From a virus, in IMG/VR virus record IMGVR_UViG_3300013233_000195, positions 1 through 64,000 of that record: 64,000 nt of DNA. The stretch is one strand, 5' to 3'. Below the pieces are notes generated by a model that was not told the DNA's origin, searched no databases, and saw nothing but the letters and a program-made list of their open reading frames with translations. The position numbers were made by a program, and so were the translations under genes. Shown here in pieces: positions 56,784 to 64,000 of this stretch (positions within the stretch are counted from its first letter, which is position 1; each line of letters opens with the position of its first letter).

Positions 56784-56812
56784 ATTATAGCACGGCGGAG
56801 CGGGGCCGTCAA
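56784..56812 (-). promoter_or_regulatory. sigma70 promoter
   Basis: Minus strand TTGACG-17 bp-TATAAT with TG extension; two more GGGGTTGACG upstream. Confidence 0.85.
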
Positions 56813-56842
56813 GGAAAAAATCGTCAACCCCCCGTCAACCCC

Positions 56843-57070
56843 TCACTCGCAGGAGTCTGGTCTTGTAAAATAGTAGTAAAAATCATGTTGATTGGTATAA
56901 ACGTCGCAAGTGCAAGGTACTGCATGCGTTCTATTATATCTCTCAAAAAATTGCTCGTTGAAATCCTGATTGTAGAGACTATGATCGGGGAAAATACACT
57001 TTACTACATCACTGCAAGCAGAGAGGAGAAGAACAGCACAAAGAATAACCGCAGACCAAAGGTAACGCAT
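56843..57070 (-). CDS. small putative lipoprotein
   Basis: Signal peptide with lipobox LSAC; GGAGG RBS. Confidence 0.65.
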   Translation of the reverse strand: MRYLWSAVILCAVLLLSACSDVVKCIFPDHSLYNQDFNEQFFERYNRTHAVPCTCDVYTNQHDFYYYFTRPDSCE

Positions 57071-57080
57071 GGTAAACCTC

Positions 57081-58166
57081 CTAGAATGGGGGACGAACTG
57101 CCATAGCCTTCCGAATAGTCAATCCCAGGTAGTAGTCGCTATCATGGTGTGTCCTAGCCTTTCCGTGTGAGTAATTCCACAGGATTGTGGCTATCTCAGC
57201 TACAGTGAAGCGATTTTTAGCTAGGAAGGCAGCTAAAGCGTAGTCAAGACCTGAACGAGAGTGATCTGCTTTCTGCGTTGTATTCCCAAGCCACAGTTGG
57301 CGCACTCTTTCATTACGAAGTAGCTCTAAAGAGAACCTAGCAGGAAGCTGTGCTTCCTTATAATCTCCCAGAGTAAAGTCAACTCCCTCAATAGTACGAA
57401 AGTTACTACTCTGTATATTTTCAACAGAGATTTTGGTAACTTCATCCATCATGAGAGAAAGTCTACCATCCCAAGGTTGAAGGATCTTAGCCATTCTGTG
57501 GGGGCGCTCTGGAGTATTCTCTCCTTTGATGCAGAGAGTCCCAGGAATCTTTACAATTCGGGCAAGATCGTAGACATTATCAATATTAATCCTAAACTTA
57601 TGTTCCCACTTACTTCTTAGCTGATCCTCCCACACCATTAACTGTTTGGTAATCTCTTCTCTCTTATTGGGTTCAATCTTGTAATGATGCACAGGGAACC
57701 AGGGATAGGCTCCATTTCCAGAGCTAATAATGGGATTGTTCTCATCCTTGGCAATCTCTTGAGCAGCTCTAATTGCCTGTAGGTGCTCTGCTTCTGTTGC
57801 CGCACAATTTCCACAGTTGGGCCTTTTGGCATCTATGTCAAGAGACAGGTTAGAAATCCACTCAATGTCAGTAGAACGTCCTCCCCGGCAAATGTCTTCC
57901 TTATGGAAGGAAATCCTATTTCTTAGATTGGGAGTGACAATAGCCTTTGGTCTTGCATTTCTTCCTGCGTAGAGATTATACTTTCCAGCAAGCTCTGCTA
58001 GAGCATCTACAAAAGCATCTTCGGACACAAAGAAACCCAACCCAATGTGTGGGCCAAAGCGCTCCTTTGGATTGATTGCTCGGACCTCTGTACATGACTG
58101 TGGGAGTTCATGGTGTCCCAAGAGCTTCCAAAAGGCTCTGACATCCTTTTCATTAAACTTTTCCAT
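57081..58166 (-). CDS. archaeo-eukaryotic primase / RepB'-like primase-polymerase
   Basis: TEVRA, Y.G.N, LDID, SSGNG, DLARIVKIPGT, C-terminal DHSRSGLDYALA helical bundle. Confidence 0.75.
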   Translation of the reverse strand: MEKFNEKDVRAFWKLLGHHELPQSCTEVRAINPKERFGPHIGLGFFVSEDAFVDALAELAGKYNLYAGRNARPKAIVTPNLRNRISFHKEDICRGGRSTDIEWISNLSLDIDAKRPNCGNCAATEAEHLQAIRAAQEIAKDENNPIISSGNGAYPWFPVHHYKIEPNKREEITKQLMVWEDQLRSKWEHKFRINIDNVYDLARIVKIPGTLCIKGENTPERPHRMAKILQPWDGRLSLMMDEVTKISVENIQSSNFRTIEGVDFTLGDYKEAQLPARFSLELLRNERVRQLWLGNTTQKADHSRSGLDYALAAFLAKNRFTVAEIATILWNYSHGKARTHHDSDYYLGLTIRKAMAVRPPF

Positions 58167-58650
58167 GTTTAGCCCTTGTTATATCCTTCCCACGAAACTC
58201 AACCCCATACGTTTGATAGGCTTCTTTCAGCTCTTTTGCTTTTTCGGTTCCCATAAAGTATCTAACTAGCTTGAGATAGGTTGCCGCAAACTCTCGACCA
58301 TGCCAGCTAGCTTTAGCTGGTCTAATAGTATGCGCTATCTCCTCCAAAAGCACGCCAATACGCCGAAACTCTCTAGGAGCCTTTATATAGAACCCTGTAA
58401 TGGGATTCCAACCACCTTCTGCACTCTGCCTCCCCCTACCATCATGTACCTTAATTTTCAGACTTTTGTAGGGGCAGAGGTTTTTGAGAAACCAGGGACT
58501 CGTTGTCACAAGGTCTACGAAGTCTTGACATACTTGAACAGAGACAAATTCGGGGAGATCTCTAAAAAGATGAAAAGTAACATTCTGTGCCTCATAAAAC
58601 TTATCTCTCTGGTAATCCCTGTAAGTGTTCGAAAATGGACTCTTTCTCAT
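58153..58650 (-). CDS. zincin-like metallohydrolase homolog with altered HExxH
   Basis: RDYQRDKFYEA...LLEEIAH...HGREFAATYLKLV. Confidence 0.65.
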   Translation of the reverse strand: MRKSPFSNTYRDYQRDKFYEAQNVTFHLFRDLPEFVSVQVCQDFVDLVTTSPWFLKNLCPYKSLKIKVHDGRGRQSAEGGWNPITGFYIKAPREFRRIGVLLEEIAHTIRPAKASWHGREFAATYLKLVRYFMGTEKAKELKEAYQTYGVEFRGKDITRAKHGKV

Positions 58651-58668
58651 AGCCTCCCCTATTTATTT

Positions 58669-58743
58669 TGGTGTCCTGCATGGGAATCGAACCCATTTCT
58701 GGGGGTTGAAGGCCCCCGATCCTAACCAATAGACGAGCAGGAC
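58669..58743 (-). tRNA. tRNA-Glu(UUC) with C33
   Basis: Cloverleaf; GGGGG-CCTTCAA-CCCCC arm, TTCGATT loop, encoded CCA. Confidence 0.85.
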
Positions 58744-58967
58744 TATACACCTTTGCTATTTTCTTCTTTATCAATCCAATTTCCAATGTCTTGCAAAAGG
58801 GACGCACCGACAACAACGCAACCCCAGTAGAAGAAAAAGAAGGAGAAGAAAACTCCCAGAAAAGCTAAGACACCAACTTTTGATAAAATCAGTGGTAGAG
58901 AATACTTCACCAGGCAGAAAGCACTCACAAGAAATGTGAGTATCTTTGCAACAATCTTTCTGGTCAT
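58743..58967 (-). CDS. small membrane protein
   Basis: Two hydrophobic segments, GGAG RBS. Confidence 0.55.
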   Translation of the reverse strand: MTRKIVAKILTFLVSAFCLVKYSLPLILSKVGVLAFLGVFFSFFFFYWGCVVVGASLLQDIGNWIDKEENSKGV

Positions 58968-59018
58968 CTCCGCCCCCCTTTACTATGTTGGGGGAACTGG
59001 ATTCTCTCCAGTCCCCCC

Positions 59019-59047
59019 ATTCTACCACATCCAGAGCAGGATGTCAA
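59019..59047 (-). promoter_or_regulatory. sigma70 promoter followed by a leader hairpin
   Basis: Minus strand TTGACA-17 bp-TAGAAT with TGTGG; hairpin at 58990-59018. Confidence 0.82.
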
Positions 59048-59054
59048 GGAAAAA

Positions 59055-59870
59055 TTACCAACCCAGGTCGATCCCCGCCGTTAGGAGAGTCAAAGCCTGT
59101 ACCTGCTCAGTCTCCAGCCGGTCATACCTTACTCTCAGATCTAGATCAAGAGAAAGATACTTCACTAGAGCATACTCAAAGTCCATCTCTCCCTCAACCA
59201 CGGAGTCGGCGAAATCTTCGTCCACAGGGTAGAAGAGTTCAAGAGAACGGTTAAGAGTTAAGTTCTCCCACCAAGTAGGCAGAACACTTGTGGAAGACAG
59301 AAGAATCCCATAATCATTCCTTGGAGAGCTTTCTCCTGTGAAAACGGGATAATCTGAAACCGTTCGACGGTAGCGGAAGCCTAGCTCGTTGAACCCATTG
59401 TCATTCTGGACCTGATAAGCAAAATCTGAGTCCAGGGTGTAAGGGTCAAAAGGCTCCACTACTTGCGTTCCATCGGCCTTGAAAACATTATCAATGCCTG
59501 TGGTGCCCCGAACGCGGGCAAGAACGAAAGAGTTGCTTGTGGAGTCTCCTAGCGCCCTTCCAAGCGAAACAGCAAGCCTACCTCGGTTTAGAAATGGGTT
59601 CCGGTCCTCATTCTTACCATCGTGAGCACCATACTCCACGTCAATGGAGTAAAGGGTCTGTAGACCAATAAAGGTGAGAAAATCAACCTGATTCTGAAGT
59701 TGAAGTTCTCCGCGATAGGTGTACTGCTCCTGGCCACCGCGTGCCCAGTTGTCATTGAAACTAGCCATACCCTGAAGTTCTACATCTCCTGCCGCGAAGG
59801 CACCTGTTGCCCAGCATACAATAGCTGAGGTCAAGGCACCTAGAATGAACCACTTGATCTTATTCTTCAT
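59055..59870 (-). CDS. putative outer-membrane beta-barrel protein
   Basis: Signal peptide ending AFA, alternating amphipathic strands, C-terminal AGIDLGW. Confidence 0.7.
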   Translation of the reverse strand: MKNKIKWFILGALTSAIVCWATGAFAAGDVELQGMASFNDNWARGGQEQYTYRGELQLQNQVDFLTFIGLQTLYSIDVEYGAHDGKNEDRNPFLNRGRLAVSLGRALGDSTSNSFVLARVRGTTGIDNVFKADGTQVVEPFDPYTLDSDFAYQVQNDNGFNELGFRYRRTVSDYPVFTGESSPRNDYGILLSSTSVLPTWWENLTLNRSLELFYPVDEDFADSVVEGEMDFEYALVKYLSLDLDLRVRYDRLETEQVQALTLLTAGIDLGW

Positions 59871-60431
59871 TTATTCCCTCCATAAAAGTCGGGGATTGAT
59901 TGCTACGTTGTTGTCCAAAACCTCGTAATGCAAATGGTAGCCCCTGGCGTTGCCGGTATTTCCAACAGTTCCAAGTATATCCCCTTGAACTACTTCTTTG
60001 CCCTTATAGACATTTGTTCTGTCTAGATGGGCGTATACTGTCGCAAGACCATTCTGGTGATCTACACAGACAGTATTTCCATATCCAGGGTAATAGCCTA
60101 CCTCAGTCACAACTCCTGTTGCGGTGACTTTGATGGGAGTTCCCCATGGAGAAGCAAGATCAATCCCGGTATGATCTCTGGTTCTTAGTTTCCCAAACCC
60201 CGCACTTACTGGACCGGGAACAGGCGGAGAAAGGGGAAGATGAGAAATAGACTTTTCTATGTCATATTCCACCCCCTGCATTGACTCAGTATTTTCTTTG
60301 AGTTGGAAGACCTCCTGCTCTAGGATAGTTACCCTCTGTGAGAGATCCTCTATATGGGACATGAAAAACCCAGCCCCAACAAAAAGTCCCCATGCAATAG
60401 CACAGAGGATGATAGCAAAGGTGTATCGCAT
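59871..60431 (-). CDS. M23 metallopeptidase with N-terminal membrane anchor
   Basis: HTGID, GYGN, YAHL, VGNTG, HLHYEV. Confidence 0.92.
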   Translation of the reverse strand: MRYTFAIILCAIAWGLFVGAGFFMSHIEDLSQRVTILEQEVFQLKENTESMQGVEYDIEKSISHLPLSPPVPGPVSAGFGKLRTRDHTGIDLASPWGTPIKVTATGVVTEVGYYPGYGNTVCVDHQNGLATVYAHLDRTNVYKGKEVVQGDILGTVGNTGNARGYHLHYEVLDNNVAINPRLLWRE

Positions 60432-60452
60432 TGCTTTGCCCCCAATAAAAAG

Positions 60453-60528
60453 TGGAAGCCCCGGTGGGATTCGAACCCACGGCTTGCTCATTAGAAGTGA
60501 GCCACTCTGTCCACTGAGTTACGGGGCC
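60453..60528 (-). tRNA. tRNA-Arg(UCU)
   Basis: GCTCA-CTTCTAA-TGAGC arm, TTCGAAT, encoded CCA. Confidence 0.92.
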
Positions 60529-60533
60529 TCTTA

Positions 60534-60902
60534 TTATTCTGACTCTTCTGCCCAGAAGTGAAGGATTCCGCCACCATCGAGCAAGAAGAAGGCGTCTTGT
60601 CCTTGTTTGTATACCGCTGTAACCTTTCGCACGGGATTAAACTCATAGGGCTCAAGTCCATCCATATCCGAAGCATTCAGAGACCAGTGAACTAGCTCAT
60701 CGTCAACTTCTTCCCCACCAAACACTCGAAAAGTGTCTTGTGAGGCAAAGGACATCATAAGGGTCTTCTGAGAAACCCTGGAGATCATCTGGATTTCTTG
60801 ATTGACAAAGTAACCCAGTCCCTGGGCATTGGAACTCTCCGGCCAATCTACAAGAGTTGATCCAGTATCCATCTGAAAGCCAATGTGAGCTAGCATTGTC
60901 AT
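60534..60902 (-). CDS. hypothetical protein
   Basis: AAGGAG RBS; lies between tRNAs. Confidence 0.65.
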   Translation of the reverse strand: MTMLAHIGFQMDTGSTLVDWPESSNAQGLGYFVNQEIQMISRVSQKTLMMSFASQDTFRVFGGEEVDDELVHWSLNASDMDGLEPYEFNPVRKVTAVYKQGQDAFFLLDGGGILHFWAEESE

Positions 60903-60915
60903 CTCCTTTTAGTAG

Positions 60916-60991
60916 TGGCACCCCCGGCAGGAATCAAACCCGCATCTTCACGGTTCGTAGCCGTGTGCCTTGTTCATTAGACCACAGGGGC
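60916..60991 (-). tRNA. tRNA-Arg(ACG)
   Basis: CACGG-CTACGAA-CCGTG arm, encoded CCA; A19/U56 variant. Confidence 0.88.
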
Positions 60992-60992
60992 A

Positions 60993-61355
60993 TTATAGCT
61001 TTTTGTACTCTTCCAGCGTTAGGGCATTGCTGGCTCCACTAGGGAAATGCCCCTCCATCATACGCAAGAACTCGGGGAGAGTAGGAACCGGAATCTCTTT
61101 CCACAGTTCAACTCCTTGATGGAATCCTAGCCTCCAAAACCGAACCTTGTTGCCTCTCCGTTGCCACCGATAGCAAGGTCTGCCAAAATAACGGACATCT
61201 TCAAACTCTCTGATAGCAACCCTCTCAGTAGGGTATTGGGGGTCTCTTCCCCCCCACCTTACAGAAGGCTTTTTTTGCTTCGCTTTTCTATCCGCTACCT
61301 TCTTTTGCTGTCTACCTCTTTTTTTAGCAGCTTCATAGGGAAGGCTAGAATTCAT
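60993..61355 (-). CDS. basic hypothetical protein
   Basis: AAGGAG RBS. Confidence 0.6.
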   Translation of the reverse strand: MNSSLPYEAAKKRGRQQKKVADRKAKQKKPSVRWGGRDPQYPTERVAIREFEDVRYFGRPCYRWQRRGNKVRFWRLGFHQGVELWKEIPVPTLPEFLRMMEGHFPSGASNALTLEEYKKL

Positions 61356-61370
61356 CTTCTTCTCCTTATG

Positions 61371-61449
61371 TGGCGCACGGTATGGGATTTGAACCCACGA
61401 TCACTGGATTGACAGTCCAGGGCCTTAGACCAGACTAGACTAACCGTGC
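61371..61449 (-). tRNA. tRNA-Asp(GUC)
   Basis: CTGGA-CTGTCAA-TCCAG arm, G73, encoded CCA. Confidence 0.92.
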
Positions 61450-62027
61450 ATATTCTTTTTCAATAGTCTGCGTGTACAGTTTACTTGCCACTTTGCCTCT
61501 GCCCACCTTACTGACTCTCTCCGCGCATAAGAGAGGATGTTTTCAGCAAGGTCATAACAGGCTTTCGTTGTGTTTATTGCAGTAATAAGAGTAATCTGCT
61601 CTACTGCATTGGGGAGCAAGCGAAATAGTAAGTTCCTGTAGTTTTTAAGTTCTTTATCTGTGATCTCCCCAGCAATCCACCGTCGCTTTACCTTTATGGC
61701 CTCTTTGATCCCTCTGGCCTCGTCTATTACAAGCTCAAAAGATCTAGCCCAAACAGCGCGTTCCATAAAACGACAGCCAAGCTCATGCAGCAGAGGAGCC
61801 GGAATCAGTTTTGGGCGTAGTACCACCCAAAGCAGGTCTGCATACCATTCCTCATCTCGTCTATTTGTAGGAACTACCAAGATTCTCGGATTCAGTAGAT
61901 CTTGTGCTGTCCAGAACTTTTTACTCTTAAGCAGTTCCCGTACCCGCCTCCGTGGATATCTGTAACACGGTCTCCAAGAAATGATATCTTCAGCCGTTAC
62001 ACGAAAAGACTTTTCATCAAAAGACAT
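61440..62027 (-). CDS. hypothetical protein
   Basis: WRPC...DLLWVVLR...AI.VKRRWIAGEITDKEL. Confidence 0.7.
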   Translation of the reverse strand: MSFDEKSFRVTAEDIISWRPCYRYPRRRVRELLKSKKFWTAQDLLNPRILVVPTNRRDEEWYADLLWVVLRPKLIPAPLLHELGCRFMERAVWARSFELVIDEARGIKEAIKVKRRWIAGEITDKELKNYRNLLFRLLPNAVEQITLITAINTTKACYDLAENILSYARRESVRWAEAKWQVNCTRRLLKKNMHG

Positions 62028-62028
62028 T

Positions 62029-62841
62029 TTAGGCTCCTGAATCTTCTTGTTGGGGCCAGTTAAGATATGCTACATGAGTAGTTCTTCGTCTTACGCCTCC
62101 AGTTCTGATCCCCTTTGCCATTGTGGGCGCAAGGGAAATCCAATCTAGATTCCAGAGGCTGTCTGCATTATCTCCATAAGTGAAGATTACTGGAATACCT
62201 TTCTCCCCACAGGTTGAAATGAGTTTGTCAACTTGACTCTTAATATGACTATACTTATTGCCTCTGTTCTTACTTGAGTAGCCCCTAGTTCCATGATAAG
62301 GAGGATCTAGAAATACAAGATCTCCTGGTTGTGGATCATAGGTGCCAGCCGAGCCACGAACGACAATAAGATCCTTTAACCGTGGAAGTGCTCGAATGGT
62401 TTTCTCAACTGGAAGATTGTGCTGTGGGTAAATCTTCCAAGAGGAAAGCTGACCAACTACGAAACTTGTAACATTAACACGGATATAAGCCTGCTCCCCA
62501 GGAGAGAGATTTGGAATCTCTCGAACATCGGTCTTGGGTTTGGCCTGTTTAACTATTTTATCCAATTCCCAAAGTCTCTTGGGAGTTATATGAGCTAAGG
62601 CCAGCCACAGTTGAACAACTGGTATGGATGTATCTAACCCAAAGCCCGGTAAACCAGAGTTCAACCAATATGCTCCAGAGCCAAGAAAAGGCTCTACTAC
62701 TATTCTAGTGCCTGATGGCGGATCTCGGAGAAGTTTAAGAACTCTCGTTTTCGATCCTTGATATCTGAACAGTTTGAGAGGCTTCCCATCAGGTAGCTTC
62801 ATTACTTGGCCTCTGAAGTTACAGCAGACTCCTTCGCCCAC
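62029..62841 (-). CDS. DNA adenine methyltransferase (Dam/D12-like)
   Basis: YQGSK, EPFLGSGA, FLDPPY; probable start 62802. Confidence 0.85.
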   Translation of the reverse strand: MGEGVCCNFRGQVMKLPDGKPLKLFRYQGSKTRVLKLLRDPPSGTRIVVEPFLGSGAYWLNSGLPGFGLDTSIPVVQLWLALAHITPKRLWELDKIVKQAKPKTDVREIPNLSPGEQAYIRVNVTSFVVGQLSSWKIYPQHNLPVEKTIRALPRLKDLIVVRGSAGTYDPQPGDLVFLDPPYHGTRGYSSKNRGNKYSHIKSQVDKLISTCGEKGIPVIFTYGDNADSLWNLDWISLAPTMAKGIRTGGVRRRTTHVAYLNWPQQEDSGA

Positions 62842-63005
62842 TCACTTTCTAGGATCTCTTCAATGTTGTCAATTGCTAGAGCAAACGTATCTATCATGGC
62901 AGCGTCCTCAAGAGAGTATTGGGCATGATCCTCAAAAAAGCCATACACTTCTTGCAAATTCCCTAAAGCCCTGGACAGACGAAAACGGATGTTTGAAGGC
63001 ATCAT
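62802..63005 (-). CDS. hypothetical protein
   Basis: ORF track. Confidence 0.55.
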   Translation of the reverse strand: MMPSNIRFRLSRALGNLQEVYGFFEDHAQYSLEDAAMIDTFALAIDNIEEILESEWAKESAVTSEAK

Positions 63006-63014
63006 AGCTTTCCC

Positions 63015-63206
63015 CTACTTTGTTAGAGTACGAGCAGGCATTACTCGGTTACGACGGCGAGTAGCCCTCCACAACTCTCTAGCAGCCCTCTCAGTCATTC
63101 CATTGAACTTCATCAAATGATGGACCTTATGCTTCTCAAGAACGCCCTCAGTCTTGTACTTCTCCCGAGAAGGCTTCTTGTTACTCCCTCTTCCCTTCTT
63201 AGCCAT
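63015..63206 (-). CDS. small basic hypothetical protein
   Basis: AGGAG RBS. Confidence 0.6.
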   Translation of the reverse strand: MAKKGRGSNKKPSREKYKTEGVLEKHKVHHLMKFNGMTERAARELWRATRRRNRVMPARTLTK

Positions 63207-63225
63207 TGGCTTTCTCCTAAAAGGT

Positions 63226-63304
63226 TGGTGGAGGCGGTGGGATTCGAACCCACATCTTCAACGGCTTAAAAGGCCGGTACTCTGCGCAATTGAGTTACGC
63301 CTCC
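63226..63304 (-). tRNA. tRNA-Lys(UUU)
   Basis: CGGC-CTTTTAA-GCCG arm, TTCGAAT, encoded CCA. Confidence 0.88.
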
Positions 63305-63310
63305 AATTTT

Positions 63311-63386
63311 TGGAACCCCCAACAGGATTTGAACCTGTATCCTCTGCTTAGGAGGCAGGAGCACTATCCCCTTGTGCTATGGGGGC
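63311..63386 (-). tRNA. tRNA-Arg(CCU)
   Basis: CTGC-CTCCTAA-GCAG arm, encoded CCA. Confidence 0.88.
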
Positions 63387-63414
63387 TTGAGCCTATTGAG
63401 CCGTTCGTGCGCCC

Positions 63415-63443
63415 ATTATACCACGACGGGAGGGGGGAGTCAA
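63415..63443 (-). promoter_or_regulatory. sigma70 promoter within the tRNA cluster
   Basis: Minus strand TTGACT-17 bp-TATAAT; extra GGGGTTGACG 15 bp upstream. Confidence 0.85.
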
Positions 63444-63478
63444 GCAAAAAAGCGTCAACCCCCCTCCCGGTTGTGACT

Positions 63479-63555
63479 TGGTGGCCTCCCTCGGACTCGA
63501 ACCGAGATCTTTTCGGTTAAGGGCCGAAATCTTTGCGCAATTAAGTTAGAAGGCC
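63479..63555 (-). tRNA. tRNA-Lys(CUU) with C33
   Basis: TTCGG-CCCTTAA-CCGAA arm, TTCGAGT, encoded CCA. Confidence 0.82.
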
Positions 63556-63561
63556 AAAATA

Positions 63562-63649
63562 TGGCGGAAGGTGAGAGGTTCGAACTCTCGCTGGTGTTAC
63601 CCAGGCTACAGTTTAGCAAACTGACGCCTTTCCACTCGGCCAACCTTCC
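63562..63649 (-). tRNA. tRNA-Ser(GCU)
   Basis: Long variable arm, TTGCTAA loop, G73, CCA. Confidence 0.9.
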
Positions 63650-63653
63650 AAGA

Positions 63654-63741
63654 TGGCGGAAGAGGAGGGATTCGAACCCCCACAGGTGTTACCCCGACTA
63701 CTGGGTTCAAGCCAGCTACATTACCGTTCTGTCACTCTTCC
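63654..63741 (-). tRNA. tRNA-Ser(UGA)
   Basis: Long variable arm, CTTGAAC loop, G73, CCA. Confidence 0.9.
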
Positions 63742-63829
63742 TGGCGGTAGAGGTAGGATTCGAACCTACGGAGCTATTACACTCACCTATTTTCGAGATA
63801 GGCGCATTAATCCTCTCTGCCACTCTACC
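63742..63829 (-). tRNA. tRNA-Ser(CGA)
   Basis: Long variable arm, CTCGAAA loop, G73, CCA; abuts the next tRNA with no spacer. Confidence 0.9.
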
Positions 63830-64000
63830 TAATACTTTCCATCCAAGTTTCTAAATCTACTTCCCAGTCTTCCTTTTGACTAAACAAAAGATTAGCATTT
63901 GGAGCCTGATTCTTGAGAAAGGGTGTATTCTTCCAAAGAATTAAGCCTTTCTTCTTTAATGCCGCCGCCGCATGATACAGGCCAGAGTCATTTGCTATGA

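Noticed and set aside
58669-58743. Opal (UCA) suppressor reading of the tRNA, implying recoding
   Set aside because: That register breaks two anticodon-stem pairs; the body is Glu-like; genes read normally in code 11 with TGA, TAG and TAA all used as stops

Overview
The window is part of a large tailed dsDNA phage genome, probably infecting a diderm bacterium. There is no integrase, and no capsid or tail genes are visible. The right-facing arm (1 to about 42,500) carries a replication/recombination block: DnaC-like loader, DnaB, UDG-PolA fusion, SSB, RecA, SbcCD and resolvase. It also carries packaging genes (TerS, a TerL split into two ORFs, portal), nucleotide metabolism (intein-containing NrdJ, ThyX, Dcd, IMPDH/GMPR), three glycosyltransferases, a sulfotransferase, two RNA ligases and a C5 methyltransferase with a probable nested second subunit. 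The left-facing arm (about 42,800-64,000) holds small early-type genes behind consensus sigma70 promoters, plus 10 tRNAs. The arms converge at a repeat-rich, mostly non-coding region (42.5-46.3 kb). The most striking unexplained signal is seven identical sigma54 (RpoN) -24/-12 boxes, TGGCACGATTCTTGC. Four are clustered behind three IHF-like 25-bp dyads, and three lie back-to-back with opposite-strand sigma70 promoter elements, two at an identical 20-bp offset; none points at a convincing sense gene. Tandem structured-RNA-like repeats also occur in the 5' leader of the DUF932 operon. All protein calls come from motif recognition by eye; no database searches were run.
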